Notes: a model not told the origin generated them from the letters alone. 64,000 bases of DNA from Ylistrum balloti (GCF_031769215.1 NW_026781861.1:744001-808000), one strand, 5' to 3'; shown: positions 28,501 through 40,597, counted from the first letter of the stretch. Translations and numbers: made by a program.

Positions 28501-31500
28501 AGGATACCGCTTAGTGTAAATATTGAATTTAAAATACAGCAGATATTATCGCCAAGAAACTCGATAGCATGTATCAAAATTCAACTTCAAATGATGGATC
28601 AGCAGTGTTCCTACGTCATCACGGACAAAAGGCAGAACTACAACTTAATATATAAGTGATGATTTTCGCGGTTATGATAGTTTTCACTGTTTCGCTGTAA
28701 AGTGACCTCGAAAATTAAATATTTGAACGAATAAATCCCGCGTGTATTAGATGCTCCTTTGCATGCAGGTCGCGAATTCGTCATACATTTATACATAATT
28801 CGCTCGTTTTATTAGAAAATTACAAACTGCACGATAATGCATTTTAAATCTTGTGAACGGTATTGTTTGGTACAGCAACAAAGATCCCTTTAGATACTAA
28901 CACGTATTAAATTCTGTAGAATATCATTTATTTGTGTTTCATCTTCGCATATATCACTTATTTATCGCCACTTTAAAAGAGATGAACACTACCTAGTCCC
29001 TTTTACACCTTCATCTGATGTAGTTTCTCCAAACCGACATACAAGATTCACAAATGGTTAGGTATTCAAGGCTAGATTTATCATCCATTTAACATATGAC
29101 TGAAATTTCCTCACAAAGAATGGCCATTATATATACATATCGTAAACTGGCGTTTCAGTACCTTTGATAGTGCTGACCAGTATTTGTGTGATATCTAGAT
29201 ATCTTTGTATGGTGCTCACATAATAAAGGACTAAAGGAGAGAATAAATTAGACCATGATGCCTCAGAAAATGTTTATCTTATATACATCGACATAAGTAT
29301 AAAAGCGATGAACCGTAAATTTTATAAATAAACATGTTTAAGTCAATGCAGTATAGTAATCTATATAAGCTTTAGTGCAAAGTTGGTTTAGAAAAGACGG
29401 CAAATCACATAAGTATATATGACAGATGTAAACAGGAATAGATATCTGATTAAATTTCATGATAATGCACAAAACTGCGACAAAGATGTGAGAGTAAAAA
29501 GCACTCAAAAAATGCTCTTAACTCGATCTTACATAGGTAAATAGCTAAACCAATCCTGAAATTATGCAAATATATGCGTGTGTATTCTTTATCAGCGTCA
29601 ATCCTCTTTCAAATACATTAAAACGTGTCCTTAGGTAACGAAAGAGGCACTTCCTACAAAGTGACAGCATTTATATCACGAATGACTATTTGAGTCTATT
29701 TAAACTGGTCTGTTCTTCATTACACAAGTGTGTATCAACAAATCTATCAAATTTATGCAGCAACGCATAAATGGTCATGTCTTGTATTATTACGTATTTC
29801 TTGACTGCGAACAGCATGTAATAAGATTGAACAATTAGTATATATCTAATGAAAAAAGTCAAAATGCGATCAAACCTCTCTGAACAAATCGAGTCATTTA
29901 GATTCCCTAAAACTAAAAATAAAACTTGCTTTACATATAAAGTAGTTATATTCAATTCTTTCAAGCCAAATTCATGGCATGGTTGTCCTACTTACTACTG
30001 ATAAACGGAGAAATCAGTCACTATTAACAGTTCAATCTGGTAAGCAGTTACCGCCCTTTTATCTCTAACGTAACTTCCGGTATTGTGGCCAAAACTCTGT
30101 CTCATGTGATCTACTCCAGTTCGGCCATCTGTTGTGTAAAAAGAATTAAATCAACTACATGCATATTTTATATTGCCACACAGTTGAGACACATCTCGTA
30201 GGTCGTGTCCATGGTGATATATTAGATTGTACTTATGACAACAGTGTTTATAATCTCGCACATAATTAATTATATAGATAATATGTTTGGTCTGCATACT
30301 CTCGAGACAGCTTCAGCTCATATAAAAGAGTGATATTCTTTGTTTTTGATTGCAAAAAAAAAACTTGAAACTTCTAATTTAGTTTTCTGTCAAAATATCA
30401 GAGTAAGATACGAACTCTATACATGCTTAATACTTGTGCTTGGTGTTGAAATAATATATAAAGAGTATATATTTTTGTGCTCTTTAAAACTGCGTCAGGG
30501 TAACATGAAACAGTCGGGGAAAACAGCGATTGTAACCGCAATATTAACACGTTATTGAATGACAAGGCACTTCCTTTTTAAAACATTTAATACGTTTTTT
30601 CGGCGTGAAACTTTAAAAGTGAGTTAATACCACAATGAGGATCAAATGCATATTTAGTAGAATTATCTTATCATCCGGATACTTATCTAAAGGTAGTTAA
30701 ATACGAACACACTTTTAAACCCAAACCGACAGATTGTAGACAATGAAGTGACAGTCACTCTGTCAATATATGTAAGACTAGCTTTACTGTGGCAGGAGGT
30801 ATATTGGCAATACATACACGTCGGACTCGCTTCTTTCAACAAAATGATAATTAAACTATTTTACTTGATCAGTGAATATACCATATGGGATCTGAGTAAC
30901 TATCACGTTACAACAAGACAATAAAGCCCTGCATAATCAGCTGAAACTCAATCAGTTACCTTTCAAAATGTAATCGTATTTTAAATCCATTTCTTTTGCC
31001 TTAAAAAGTTTGTATAAATTTCGACGTTCTTGGTTGAAAGATCCTGTTTGATTTGTTGCTTCGTTCCAATGTTGTGTTTGGTTTGTCTTTTCAAGGAAGT
31101 ACTCCTCATTATTCAAATGTAAAGATCCAAACTGAAAAAGACAAAAGGATTTCATTTTTTCTTGTGACAATGACAATTTCCTCTCTGTCAAGTTCTTTAC
31201 GTGACTTAAGCGTAAACTCCAGTAAATTTCTAGACAAATTAAGAGAGGACATTATATACTGTGAAATTCTTAACTTTTGTGGGAATCTTAATCCGCGAAT
31301 TTATATGCCCGTTAACTGTTAAAATAAATACAAGTAGATTGATTGAGCTATATTTATCTAGCCCCATGGAAATATATAAATTACTAAATACGTTATTGAA
31401 TTGTTTTATACATTATATATATATACAATGTATACTTACTATATTGTTTATGTGAGTGTCATTAAACTCAACCATAAAAGCTGCTCCTTTTTCAATATTC

Positions 31501-34094
31501 TGATACAAAGCTGTATTCTGTTAACAAAATTCAATAGACATTAGGGCCATGTTGATCGACATTGTGTAAAATGAATATCTTATCGATAAAACTTTGGCTA
31601 ATATATGTTTATATTCTCATATGGAAATACCTAAATCGTATTCAAATGAAAGGAAAATATTGATATGTTGCCAAAATCAAAATTGATCAAAATAGTTATT
31701 TTGGGATAGATTTCTGTCCTTTATTCATACATACTTTCTGTTGCAGTCATTATAGCTATATCATAGCACATTTTATAATGAAACTCTCCTCTTTGTTCTG
31801 CTATCACAAGTGTCCATATGGAAGCCTTCAGTCCCTTTGGTAGATTGACCCAGATTGGGACGACGGCGAGTGGAACTACCAGTACTGTATTGGAGCTATC
31901 ATTACACTACTATATTTTTATTTTGAAAATATTGTGGTAAATGACAATATGGCTGAACTGAGGTTTAATTCCCATGAAAATGTAAAATTATTATACCGCA
32001 TATTGCTTATATACACTACGATCAATTAGCAATTATATAGATATTTTAGCTCATACCCCCAGGGTACGTATAATATTTCTGCAATAGTATATAGTCGTCT
32101 GTTGATATAACAATTCAGCGTTTATTGTTAAACCTTTGCACAAGACAAAGAGATCTATAGATATACGTAAGAAAAATCTTTTGAATAATGTAGACAACAT
32201 AGACTGTATAACATGTTTTAATTGCTTCCCGGTGTCTGGTTACGTGGTGGGGCTTTGCATTACGATGTTGCTTTGTATATACTACGCGCGCCTTAAAGAT
32301 TTATTTAGTCCAATTTAAATAACCGTAATACCTTTATGAAAGTCACATTAGAACAACATTTCTGTTTTATGCAATAAATATATTCTGTCTTTCTGTAAGG
32401 TGCAATTTTCCTCATATGTAAGGGCGTTTTCACATGTGGGTTTGGTTTATAAAGTGTTTTCAATACCATTGAAAATTAAAAGTTATGCTTTTATACCCCA
32501 TTTCCATTAGTGGTAAAACTAATATCTTATTGATCGTATTTCAGACAATTTTTCTTGACGTCATGTTATATGCAAACAAAATGGCTCTGATTTCTTAAAA
32601 AAAATATCGGATAAGAAAAAGATAGGAGGAGAGCAATTAAAATCTATATTTCATTTATGTTTTAACCTATAATTGGTTGATGCACATCTGTTTTTATATT
32701 TTACATATTAAACTATTGTAATTTTACAATAAAGGAACAAATTTCGAAATTGATGATGATAACACAACAGCTTCAGTATTTGCTCAGCATGGAATAAATA
32801 TTTTAACCAGAAGCTAGAAACAAAATCAAACCTGAAGTACAGGAACGTGTTGTCTGGTTACAACACCACCACGAGTGACGTAGATAGGCGCGTTCTGGTT
32901 TACGTCATCATTTCTTGTGAGTGGTAAACTGACATCCTCGTTAAATGCAGCAAATCTAACGTCAAAGTTCGCAGGATATGAGTTTTGTTCTCCAGGAGAA
33001 CGCCGATAACGTCCATCATGTTGTATTTTGATGTCCACGAAGGCTGTTGATTATAAACAAGAATGGAGTCAGTACTTTGATAATTGATAGAATTTAGAAG
33101 AAAACACGGGCATGCAGATACTAGGAATATGAGGCCTAAAGTCCGAAACAGTAATAAAGTTTGGCTTAGTTAATCACTGAAAACGAAAAACATCATGAAT
33201 GACAGAGCAAGTTCTCAAGTTTAAGATTGTTTCGTGATCCCTGACACTGGGATCCACGTTTTTGGATTTAAACAAAACAACTCATCTGAGATTCACACAC
33301 TAATGTCTTAATATATAATGTTTTCAGTGTCAAGTCATTAAACCAGCACATAATACATCTTATATAGGTATACACTCTAGTTAGTATAGTCCCTTTATGA
33401 AACTCATGGTGACTCGCTATTACGTCCCATGCAATCTAGGAAACGATTTTTCCCCTTACTTTCAAATTATTTTTTTACGCGGATTCATGCAGTTTGCAAA
33501 CAATTTTTTCTCATACCCCTATGAAACTAAAAACAATTACATCAATGCTTAAATGAATATCCCTTCAATAGTGTTCATGTATTCGGTAATGTTTTCCATA
33601 TCGAAATTTCAAAGACTCGTTATACAGTGTCCAGACTTATTTTATAATGTTTTATTTAAATTTAAATTAAAATTCATGCCTTTTGTCATTGAGATGTTTA
33701 AGCTCGAGTTTTTTGTTCCAACTTACCAGTAATTGACAGGATACTCGAAATACAACAACAAACTTTATTAGACAATTAAATGATATTTTTATTGATAACA
33801 GACTCAAATGGACGTAGATTCTTTTACACGCTCGATATATTGTATAACGCTATCAGCTATAGTAATATCACTGATTATATCAGTATATATATAGTGTCTA
33901 TGTGGTTAACACAGTGTTCATAAAGGCGACTGGTGTTGAATCCATGTACTGTAATGTTAAATGGTAGAAAATATTAGGCAAATCTTACCTTTAAAATCAG
34001 ATTTAAACTTTCCTTGGAATTTCAGTAGATTTACACCTGTTGTTCCAGTCAATACTAATAAAACAATTATATATCGAGACGTGTGTTGTGACAT
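20916..34094 (-). CDS. Type I membrane reprolysin/M12B zinc metalloprotease (ADAMTS-like catalytic core, no TSP1 repeats) with 2 ShK-like modules and a mucin stalk; 18 coding exons, 948 aa
   Basis: Exons in transcript order, all GT-AG and phase-compatible: 34094-34037, 33043-32832, 31517-31440, 31131-30960, 30128-29996, 28095-28002, 27342-27265, 26996-26848, 26620-26583, 26238-26133, 25785-25624, 25221-25077, 24494-24375, 24213-24162, 23758-23609, 23057-22350, 22044-21902, 21164-20916. They sum to 2847 nt (948 aa + stop). Motifs: signal MSQHTSRYIIVLLVLTGTTA; furin site RDKR|AVTAYQIELLIVTD; DHAMLFT; HELGHSLGASHD (HExxHxxGxxH); Met-turn YIMAA; PGQIYDADEQC and DGTSCGKNKWCVEGAC Cys-rich region; CPFGD...CCSTC and CEYGD...CCGSC; Thr/Pro stalk; TM VLVIGVSVGVAGLLLIILIAVGIYLAC followed by HARRR. 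Confidence 0.93.
22440..22970 (-). repeat. Coding tandem repeat, ~39-nt (13-codon) unit, encoding the PTTTTTTPTTTTT mucin-like stalk
   Basis: The minus strand repeats CCT ACC ACA ACA ACC ACT ACA CCA ACT ACA ACT ACA ACT with variants, roughly ten times, inside exon 23057-22350. Confidence 0.9.
25396..25504. repeat. Compound (CAT)n/(CAC)n microsatellite in a protease intron
   Basis: Directly visible catcatcat / caccaccac runs between exons 25785-25624 and 25221-25077. Confidence 0.9.
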
Positions 34095-34400
34095 GTTGTG
34101 GCGCTCGGATATACAGTGTCTGCTTACTATAATCAATAGTCAAATTGTCAGTTGCACTGTTGTCTTCTATACCCAGCCCGTGGTTTGTAGTCTTGGTAAA
34201 TTGAATCAAGGTGTGTTCAATATGTAACACCCGGTATAAGCCTGCAAACGAGAATGTCTCCACCGGTGAGGGACGCTTATTCTTTTTATAAATATTTACC
34301 TGTCGTATACCTCAAATCATGACATAAATAGTTCCACACAATGGCACCTGTTGTTTCAGACATTTACCTCCGGAGGTGACCGAAATCTTTACTAAGGTCA

Positions 34401-34671
34401 CACGTGTCGTTGAATCAATTTACTAAACAATCAAACTAAAGTCACAGAACTGTATAATTTAACAAAATTTGCTGCTAATTTGTTCACCACAACATGGAAG
34501 ATCCAGGGACTTGTGTATTGTCAGCGTTACTTGTTCTGACACCACTCGAGATCAATCCATAAGCATGCTAATGGGAATAGCTATACTGGGAAAAGGCTTA
34601 TATATTGAAAGGTTTTCAGTTCCAGTTGAACGAGCACTTATTGTGTACTTAAAGCTCACATGATGTTTGTG

Positions 34672-34707
<36 letters not shown>

Positions 34708-34933
34708 CACTGTGTGTATAAGGTGTGTTAATGGTATTATGTATCCTCATTTCTCTGAATTATATCAAAGGTGGCTACACCACGTGACTAACTAGTTCGT
34801 TTATTAATACTATATATATATATATTAGTCTTACAAAAACGACACAATTTTGTTCGCTGATGCATGAATGACGTCACGGGTATTGAAGAATATTTCTATT
34901 TTTAACCAGGGACTCCTGTTTTACCATGAGTCA
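34401..34933 (-). promoter_or_regulatory. Putative proximal promoter of the metalloprotease (E-boxes, CRE, AP-1)
   Basis: CACGTG at 34401-34406 and 34781-34786, TGACGTCA at 34869-34876 and TGAGTCA at 34927-34933, all immediately upstream of the first exon(s). Motif matches only. Confidence 0.4.
34673..34706. repeat. (TA)n microsatellite
   Basis: Uninterrupted TA run of about 17 units. Confidence 0.95.
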
Positions 34934-35499
34934 TATGAGGATACACAGTGAACGTGTATGTTATGTTCACGGATCTGTGACTTGAAAATATCGGATTAAA
35001 GAATACAATACCGCTCGTGATTTTCGGTCAGTGTGATAAACTGGTACTCTTTGTTGTGAGTGATTCACTTCTTCAAACACTCCTATAGCCCCGACAATGT
35101 CTAAATATGGTGTTGTAAGTATGTACATATGGAACAGATTAAATCGCTTTATTAGATGAAATTTTTTCTCGGTGTGACAAAAAAGTTCGGGATATAGACC
35201 GTAACCAACAGAGATGGAAAAAAGAAATCGTTCTCCGTCATCCATAAAGCGTGAGTGTCGGCGTCATTTAAAATTCAATACTTACAGATATGTTTGTCAA
35301 ATCTACAAACTGTCATATTAATATCTGAGAATAAACAGAGCGCAACGAAATGAAAACAGGGCTGCTCTGTGGATAATTTTCTAACAAGTATAGTAGATAA
35401 CTAACGCAGAAATTTTAATTAACATATAAACGCCTTCAGAATTCATGCCATTAAAGTTTGTAGAAACATTTTTGTTTTAAGCATGCTTTATGGACATCA

Positions 35500-36250
35500 C
35501 AACCTTTCCCAGTAGGACATCAGCAGAAATTGTTTCAACTACAGGTACATGAAGACGAAAAAGATCTAGGAATGATAGTAGATAGCAATTTAAATTTCAG
35601 ACAACACATACAGACAGCAGTAAATAAAACAAACAAAATATTAGGCACAATAAGAAAAACTTATGCATACTTGGATGAATGATCATTCTGTTTACTATAT
35701 AAAGCATTAAGAAGACCAAATTTGGAGTATGGAGCTAGTATTTGGAACCCGCATAATATATAGGATATTGATTTATTAGAGAATGTACAAAGAAGAACAA
35801 CAAAACTTTTACCAGGAATGAAAGAATTAACATATGTTGAGAGAATGATAAGACTAGAATTACCATCATTAAAGTACAGACGGGACCATGGGGACATGAT
35901 TGAGGTTTTCAAGATCTTAAGAGGATTGTATGACAACGAAGGATCTGCAAATTTAATCAGCAGAGTTCAGAACAAAAGAACAAGAGGGAATTCTTACGGC
36001 CTGGAAAAAGGAAGTTTTCTTTCTCTCACAGGGTGGTAAAGAATTGGAACTCTCTACCAGATTATATAGTACAAGCGCCAACTTTGAACTAATTTGAAAA
36101 ACAGGCTTGATATATATTGGAAAAGTGCGGAGAGAACATATAACATCTTTATTCCAACCAGAAGTGACAACATTGAACCAATGGATTGTGACAAGCTTTC
36201 AGATCTGAACGTAAAGGCATAAGGGCTACGTTCAGTTACTACTTATCTAT
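35500..36250 (+). mobile_element. 5'-truncated, decayed CR1-clade LINE (C-terminal RT region + 3' UTR)
   Basis: Translates as EKDLGMIVDSNLNFRQHI...NKILGTIRKTY..*..LLYKALRRPNLEYGASIWNP..*..LLENVQRRTTKLLPGMKELTYVERMIRLELPSLKYRRDHGDMIEVFKIL...TRGNS, the typical CR1 ORF2 C-terminus, with in-frame stops. It ends in a hairpin (CTGAACGTA 36205-36213 / TACGTTCAG 36227-36235) and a short TTAC-type tail. Confidence 0.92.
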
Positions 36251-37899
36251 ACTAAGCTAATATGTAAATATCAACCATCTCTGAGGTTTTTTATTTTAAC
36301 ATCTCAGTTATTTGTTTTTCTTCATTTATTTATCTTTAAGTTTATCATTTTTTACATTCCGTTCGTATATATAGCACAATTTCAAAGATATATATACAGT
36401 TTACGAATGACAATTGCAACCATTCTTGTGAATATATACTGATCGATTCACTTACAATAAACAAGACAATAATGACGAATCATGTTAACACTGTTGATGA
36501 AATGTACAATGTATATACTATGATGATGTTGATACTTACATGTACAAGCATTTTAACGAGATGTGTACGATGCAGACATGATCATAACAAAGACATTCAT
36601 TCTTGATTTCATCTGATCTGGGTTCAGAATATTTTCATACACTTTCGGGAATTTTAAAGAGGTAGGACGAGACGTCCACATCATACAATGATAGATCTAA
36701 GTGCTATTCGATAGGAAAAGTAGAAATCCCTCTATTAAATGTTTCTGTATTTGACATTCAGTTGAAATTTGCGACTTGGTTAAAAGAAGATTTAATTATG
36801 TTGGTATGCTAGTACATTGAATACATTGTATTTCATTATATTGGACTTGCGAACACAGATTTGTTGCTTGAAAGTTAAGACCATGGTTTGATGTTGCAAC
36901 CACAAAGGAAATGGATTATAAAAAAGAACTGACAAATTGGCTGATATTTATACATTTAAGTTATAAATCTTTATGAGAAATAAATGTCAGGTTTCAAAGA
37001 ATTCGAGATTTGCTGTGTACTATGTATATATATTAGATCGAAACATTGCCACAGTAGAAAAAAAAACATCTTTTTAAAATGCTGTGGTTAATCAATTTCT
37101 AATCATTGTTCTTCTTTTCCTTAGTGTAATGACTTACTTTAAGATATAGTTACCGGTAGATGTTGTAGATTCCTTCCGATCCAAATCCTTGATCAAGAGT
37201 TTTCAGTTGTTTATCTCCATTTAGTTGTTACAGTAATAATCAATTGTTCTGTTCAAATGCATTTTCAAATTCTAGATCTCCTTGCAGTTTTATTTGTTTA
37301 ACCAAATCCTGGAGTGTCTTTATCATATGCCCCTGACCAAATAAGTATATTGAATGTAGTAATGTGTGACATCATATATGACATAGAGTCAGACGACATG
37401 AAATTAGTCCATGAAAGAGATGGCTATAGTTCACACCTGTCCAGTAAACCACAGGGGGTTCTCAGTTGGGGGTTTACTGGCGCGTCCTTAGAAATAACTA
37501 ATCATATCCACGCATATAATAAATTGTGATGTTCTTATACCGACGAACTGAATTGTAACACTCTGATTTTTATGATAATTTTTTATTTATTTTTTTTTTT
37601 TTTTTAGTGATTTTGAACATGGACATTTATGCAACCATGGGTTTAAATTCAAAATGAGTCCAATATGTACCGTACTATTACGGACTAGCAGAGGTGTAAC
37701 ATATATTTAGGCTACAACCAGAGACGTAAATATCACATGTGATATATACGTTTCTGGCTACAACAGATACCTATATAACCATGACTGTACGGGTCTCCCG
37801 AGTATAACAGTACAGTGTAATTTGATAAAATCACTCATCCATGACTGGCCCCATTTTACATGTGTGCTTTCGTGTCTACGACTCGGTGCGCGCTAAGGG

Positions 37900-38680
37900 G
37901 ACGTAACCCATGGTATCCCGCAGAAATAGCTGCATATGGGTCTTTAGGGATGACCACAGTCCTAGAAGGTCCTGTAACTGTTGCAACCCTAGAAATGGCA
38001 ATCATGTCCGTGATATTGTTATGAGTGACAGGCGAGTTACAGAGAGAGAGATATAGTCAGCACAGTTGGGATTTCACAGGGAAGATCACATTCCATTTTT
38101 ACGGAAGATCTTGTAATAAAAAAGTTCAGCCCGTGGTGTACCAAAGCTTCTAACAGTTGATCAGAAGCACACCAGACGGACTCTGTCGCTTGCTAATATG
38201 AACGTTTTACAAGCAGATCCTGCTTACTTTCTACAGAAGTTTGTGACTATGGATGAAACATGGGTCCATCATTTCACTCCAGAGGCCAAACAACATTCTA
38301 AACAATGGAAGCATCCTGGCTCATCCCAACCAAAAAAGGCCGGTACCATCAACTGGAATACTCATTACCTCGATTTTCTGAGATGCTGATGCTATTCTGA
38401 TGGTAGATCATCAGCGAAAGGGGCAAACAATCAATGGTACATATCATGCATTTCTTCTAAGACAGTTAAGAGAAAAAATTGAGCTCAAGCTCCGCGGAAA
38501 ACTCCGTAAAGGTATGTTGTTCCGCCAGGACAATGCCCTTGTTCACATGTCTGTCATTGCCGTGGCTACCATTAACGATTGTAGTTTTGCATTGACTGAT
38601 CATCTGCCTTATTCGCCTAATCTCGCTCCATCAGACTTTCGTTTATTTCCAAAACTGGAAAGGGCCATATTCTTTAGTTT
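37900..38680 (+). mobile_element. Decayed mariner (Tc1/mariner, DD34D-type) transposase fragment
   Basis: Motifs in broken frames: DIVMSDRRVTERE, VPKLLT, FVTMDETWVHHF..E.KQHSKQW, GQTING.YH..LL.QLRE, QDNALVH, HLPYSPNLAPSDFRLFPKL. It has frameshifts and an internal deletion, and I could not identify TIRs. Confidence 0.92.
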
Positions 38681-38789
38681 GGTTAATCTTTCGGGTTTAT
38701 ATTTTGTATTTATGCGATTCTAGTATGTGAGGGGTGGGGGGCAGGGGCTAACTCCTCGACTAGGGATGTTTGGTTTGATTAGTCTTACT

Positions 38790-38930
38790 TCGGGTTTGGT
38801 TTGGTTTTCTATGATCAGTGACGGCCTCCCTTTGTATGTTCAGTGACTGCATTTGTTCTGCCGTCGACGTTGTAGTGCTACCACACTGAAGTATACTGCC
38901 GAAGTCACTCAGCAGGACTCCTCACATGGT
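38790..38930 (-). mobile_element. Fragment of a tRNA-derived SINE with a Meta-type central domain
   Basis: The minus strand reads gtcctgctgagtgacttcggcagtatacttcagtgtggtagcactac. This resembles the copy at 61430-61510 and, from memory, the bivalve MetaSINE core. No database search was run. Confidence 0.55.
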
Positions 38931-40264
38931 TGTCTAAGGCCAAGGGGAAGCAGGGACTACTAAGACTCGGTATATATCTCGGCCAGAGTATTGACGCCCT
39001 AAGTCTTCCTCACAGATGCAACGCTCAACTGAAGTCAACTGAAGTAAGACTGTCAAGGGGAGACAATCAGAAATAATAGTGGTAGATGAAGAAGCTAAAA
39101 TTACGCCCTACCTGCACCATTGATTTGTGGATCGAATGAAACTGAAACAGGAACGCTCCGGGGTTTAGTGGTTGTACCATTAATCAAGATTTTAAATTTT
39201 TATTACTTTGCATGGCATGAGATAGACATCCCGCATTTTGTTCGGATGAGAAGCAAGTTTGAATTTTGAATTCAGCATAAACGTACTAGGATCTCTCTCG
39301 AATAAAAAATAAACAAAATAGTTGTACAGTTGATTGATACCTGGTTACATTAGCCAAACAAGACATGTTCTCCTTATCTTGTGTGAAATATTAGGGAGAA
39401 GATAATACAGTTGTAAAACAGTCCATGCAATTGTATCTTAACATTCTGCTTTAATTGAAAACTACAAAGACAGTATGGTATTGTTTTGGAATAGAAATCC
39501 CTAATTAATTCTTTTTCGAACTGTGGGTCCTATCACCTCTGAATTGAATAGAGACGTATGGAATTTTCGGACAACTTTGAAATAGATTCTGTGGGATAAT
39601 CTCTCATAGGAATGGAAGGTCCGGATCACCCCATGGAAGATGGATGAGTTGACTTGATAATTATATCTCTAACATGTAACTATTCAGAAAACGGGAGATT
39701 AAACATAGTTATCTACGCTTTGACATTTGATAATTGCCTTAAGTTTTTTTTTTTTTTTTTCGTTTTTTTTTTAACAGCTTTGAACGTATTTTAATATAGA
39801 TGTGATCAATATCTACTAGCTGGACTGATAATGCGGTATAAATCTAACGTTTCCCGACTTCATATTTATTCTTAATTTATTGCAGAAATTCAGTATAAGT
39901 GTTATATGTTCTAATGCATTCGTTACATGTGTAAGTGCGTTGGCATTGAAATTAAAATTCTTCATATGTTACCCAAACTACATATATAAACTTTTAAATA
40001 AGTGAAAACTGCTTGTCATAGTTCTATATTCTATACAACGATGTTACGATTATCTTGATATTATGGTTTCCATCAATGTTTAAAAGTCTGCTAACTTTCA
40101 ATGATATCACCAAAAGACTCTTTTCGTGGAGACGAATATAAACAAAAACACATAAAGCAGAATTTATTTACCTTACCGCGTTATGTTACCTTATGTTGTT
40201 TCTGCGTGCAGGACCTACTGGTTCTCTATAACCAGCTCAGAATTGTTCAATATTGCTGTGTAAC

Positions 40265-40266
40265 AT

Positions 40267-40341
<75 letters not shown>

Positions 40342-40344
40342 TTT
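40265..40344. repeat. (ATTT)n microsatellite upstream of GORASP
   Basis: About 20 tandem ATTT units, ~250 bp upstream of the GORASP ATG. Confidence 0.95.
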
Positions 40345-40516
40345 TGACATCTGACCAGGGTGGGAAAAAAACAATAATATTGTGATATCAGGAAAGATTT
40401 TGATGAATAGCCCACTTAAATAGATTGAACTTTGATATCTTCCGGAATAATGTCCGTGTTATTCCCTGTTCTGCAAATTACATGAACCGGAAACGTGTAC
40501 CCACAATTCTAGTAAT

Positions 40517-40523
40517 GCCACGT
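40517..40523 (-). promoter_or_regulatory. GASE-consensus element (ACGTGGC) upstream of GORASP
   Basis: Plus-strand GCCACGT equals minus-strand ACGTGGC and ends 75 nt before the ATG at 40598. It sits inside the small inverted repeat GCCAC-GTA-GTGGC. Confidence 0.45.
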
Positions 40524-40597
40524 AGTGGCCATATTGGATTAACAACCGGCATCACCTGTGGAACCAGACTGACATTCTGCCTGTTTTTAACGACAGG

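Noticed and set aside
35661-35936. 91-aa minus-strand ORF
   Set aside because: Antisense to the CR1 reverse-transcriptase remnant.
40101-40385. 94-aa ORF with YLFI repeats upstream of GORASP
   Set aside because: Translation of the (ATTT)n microsatellite.
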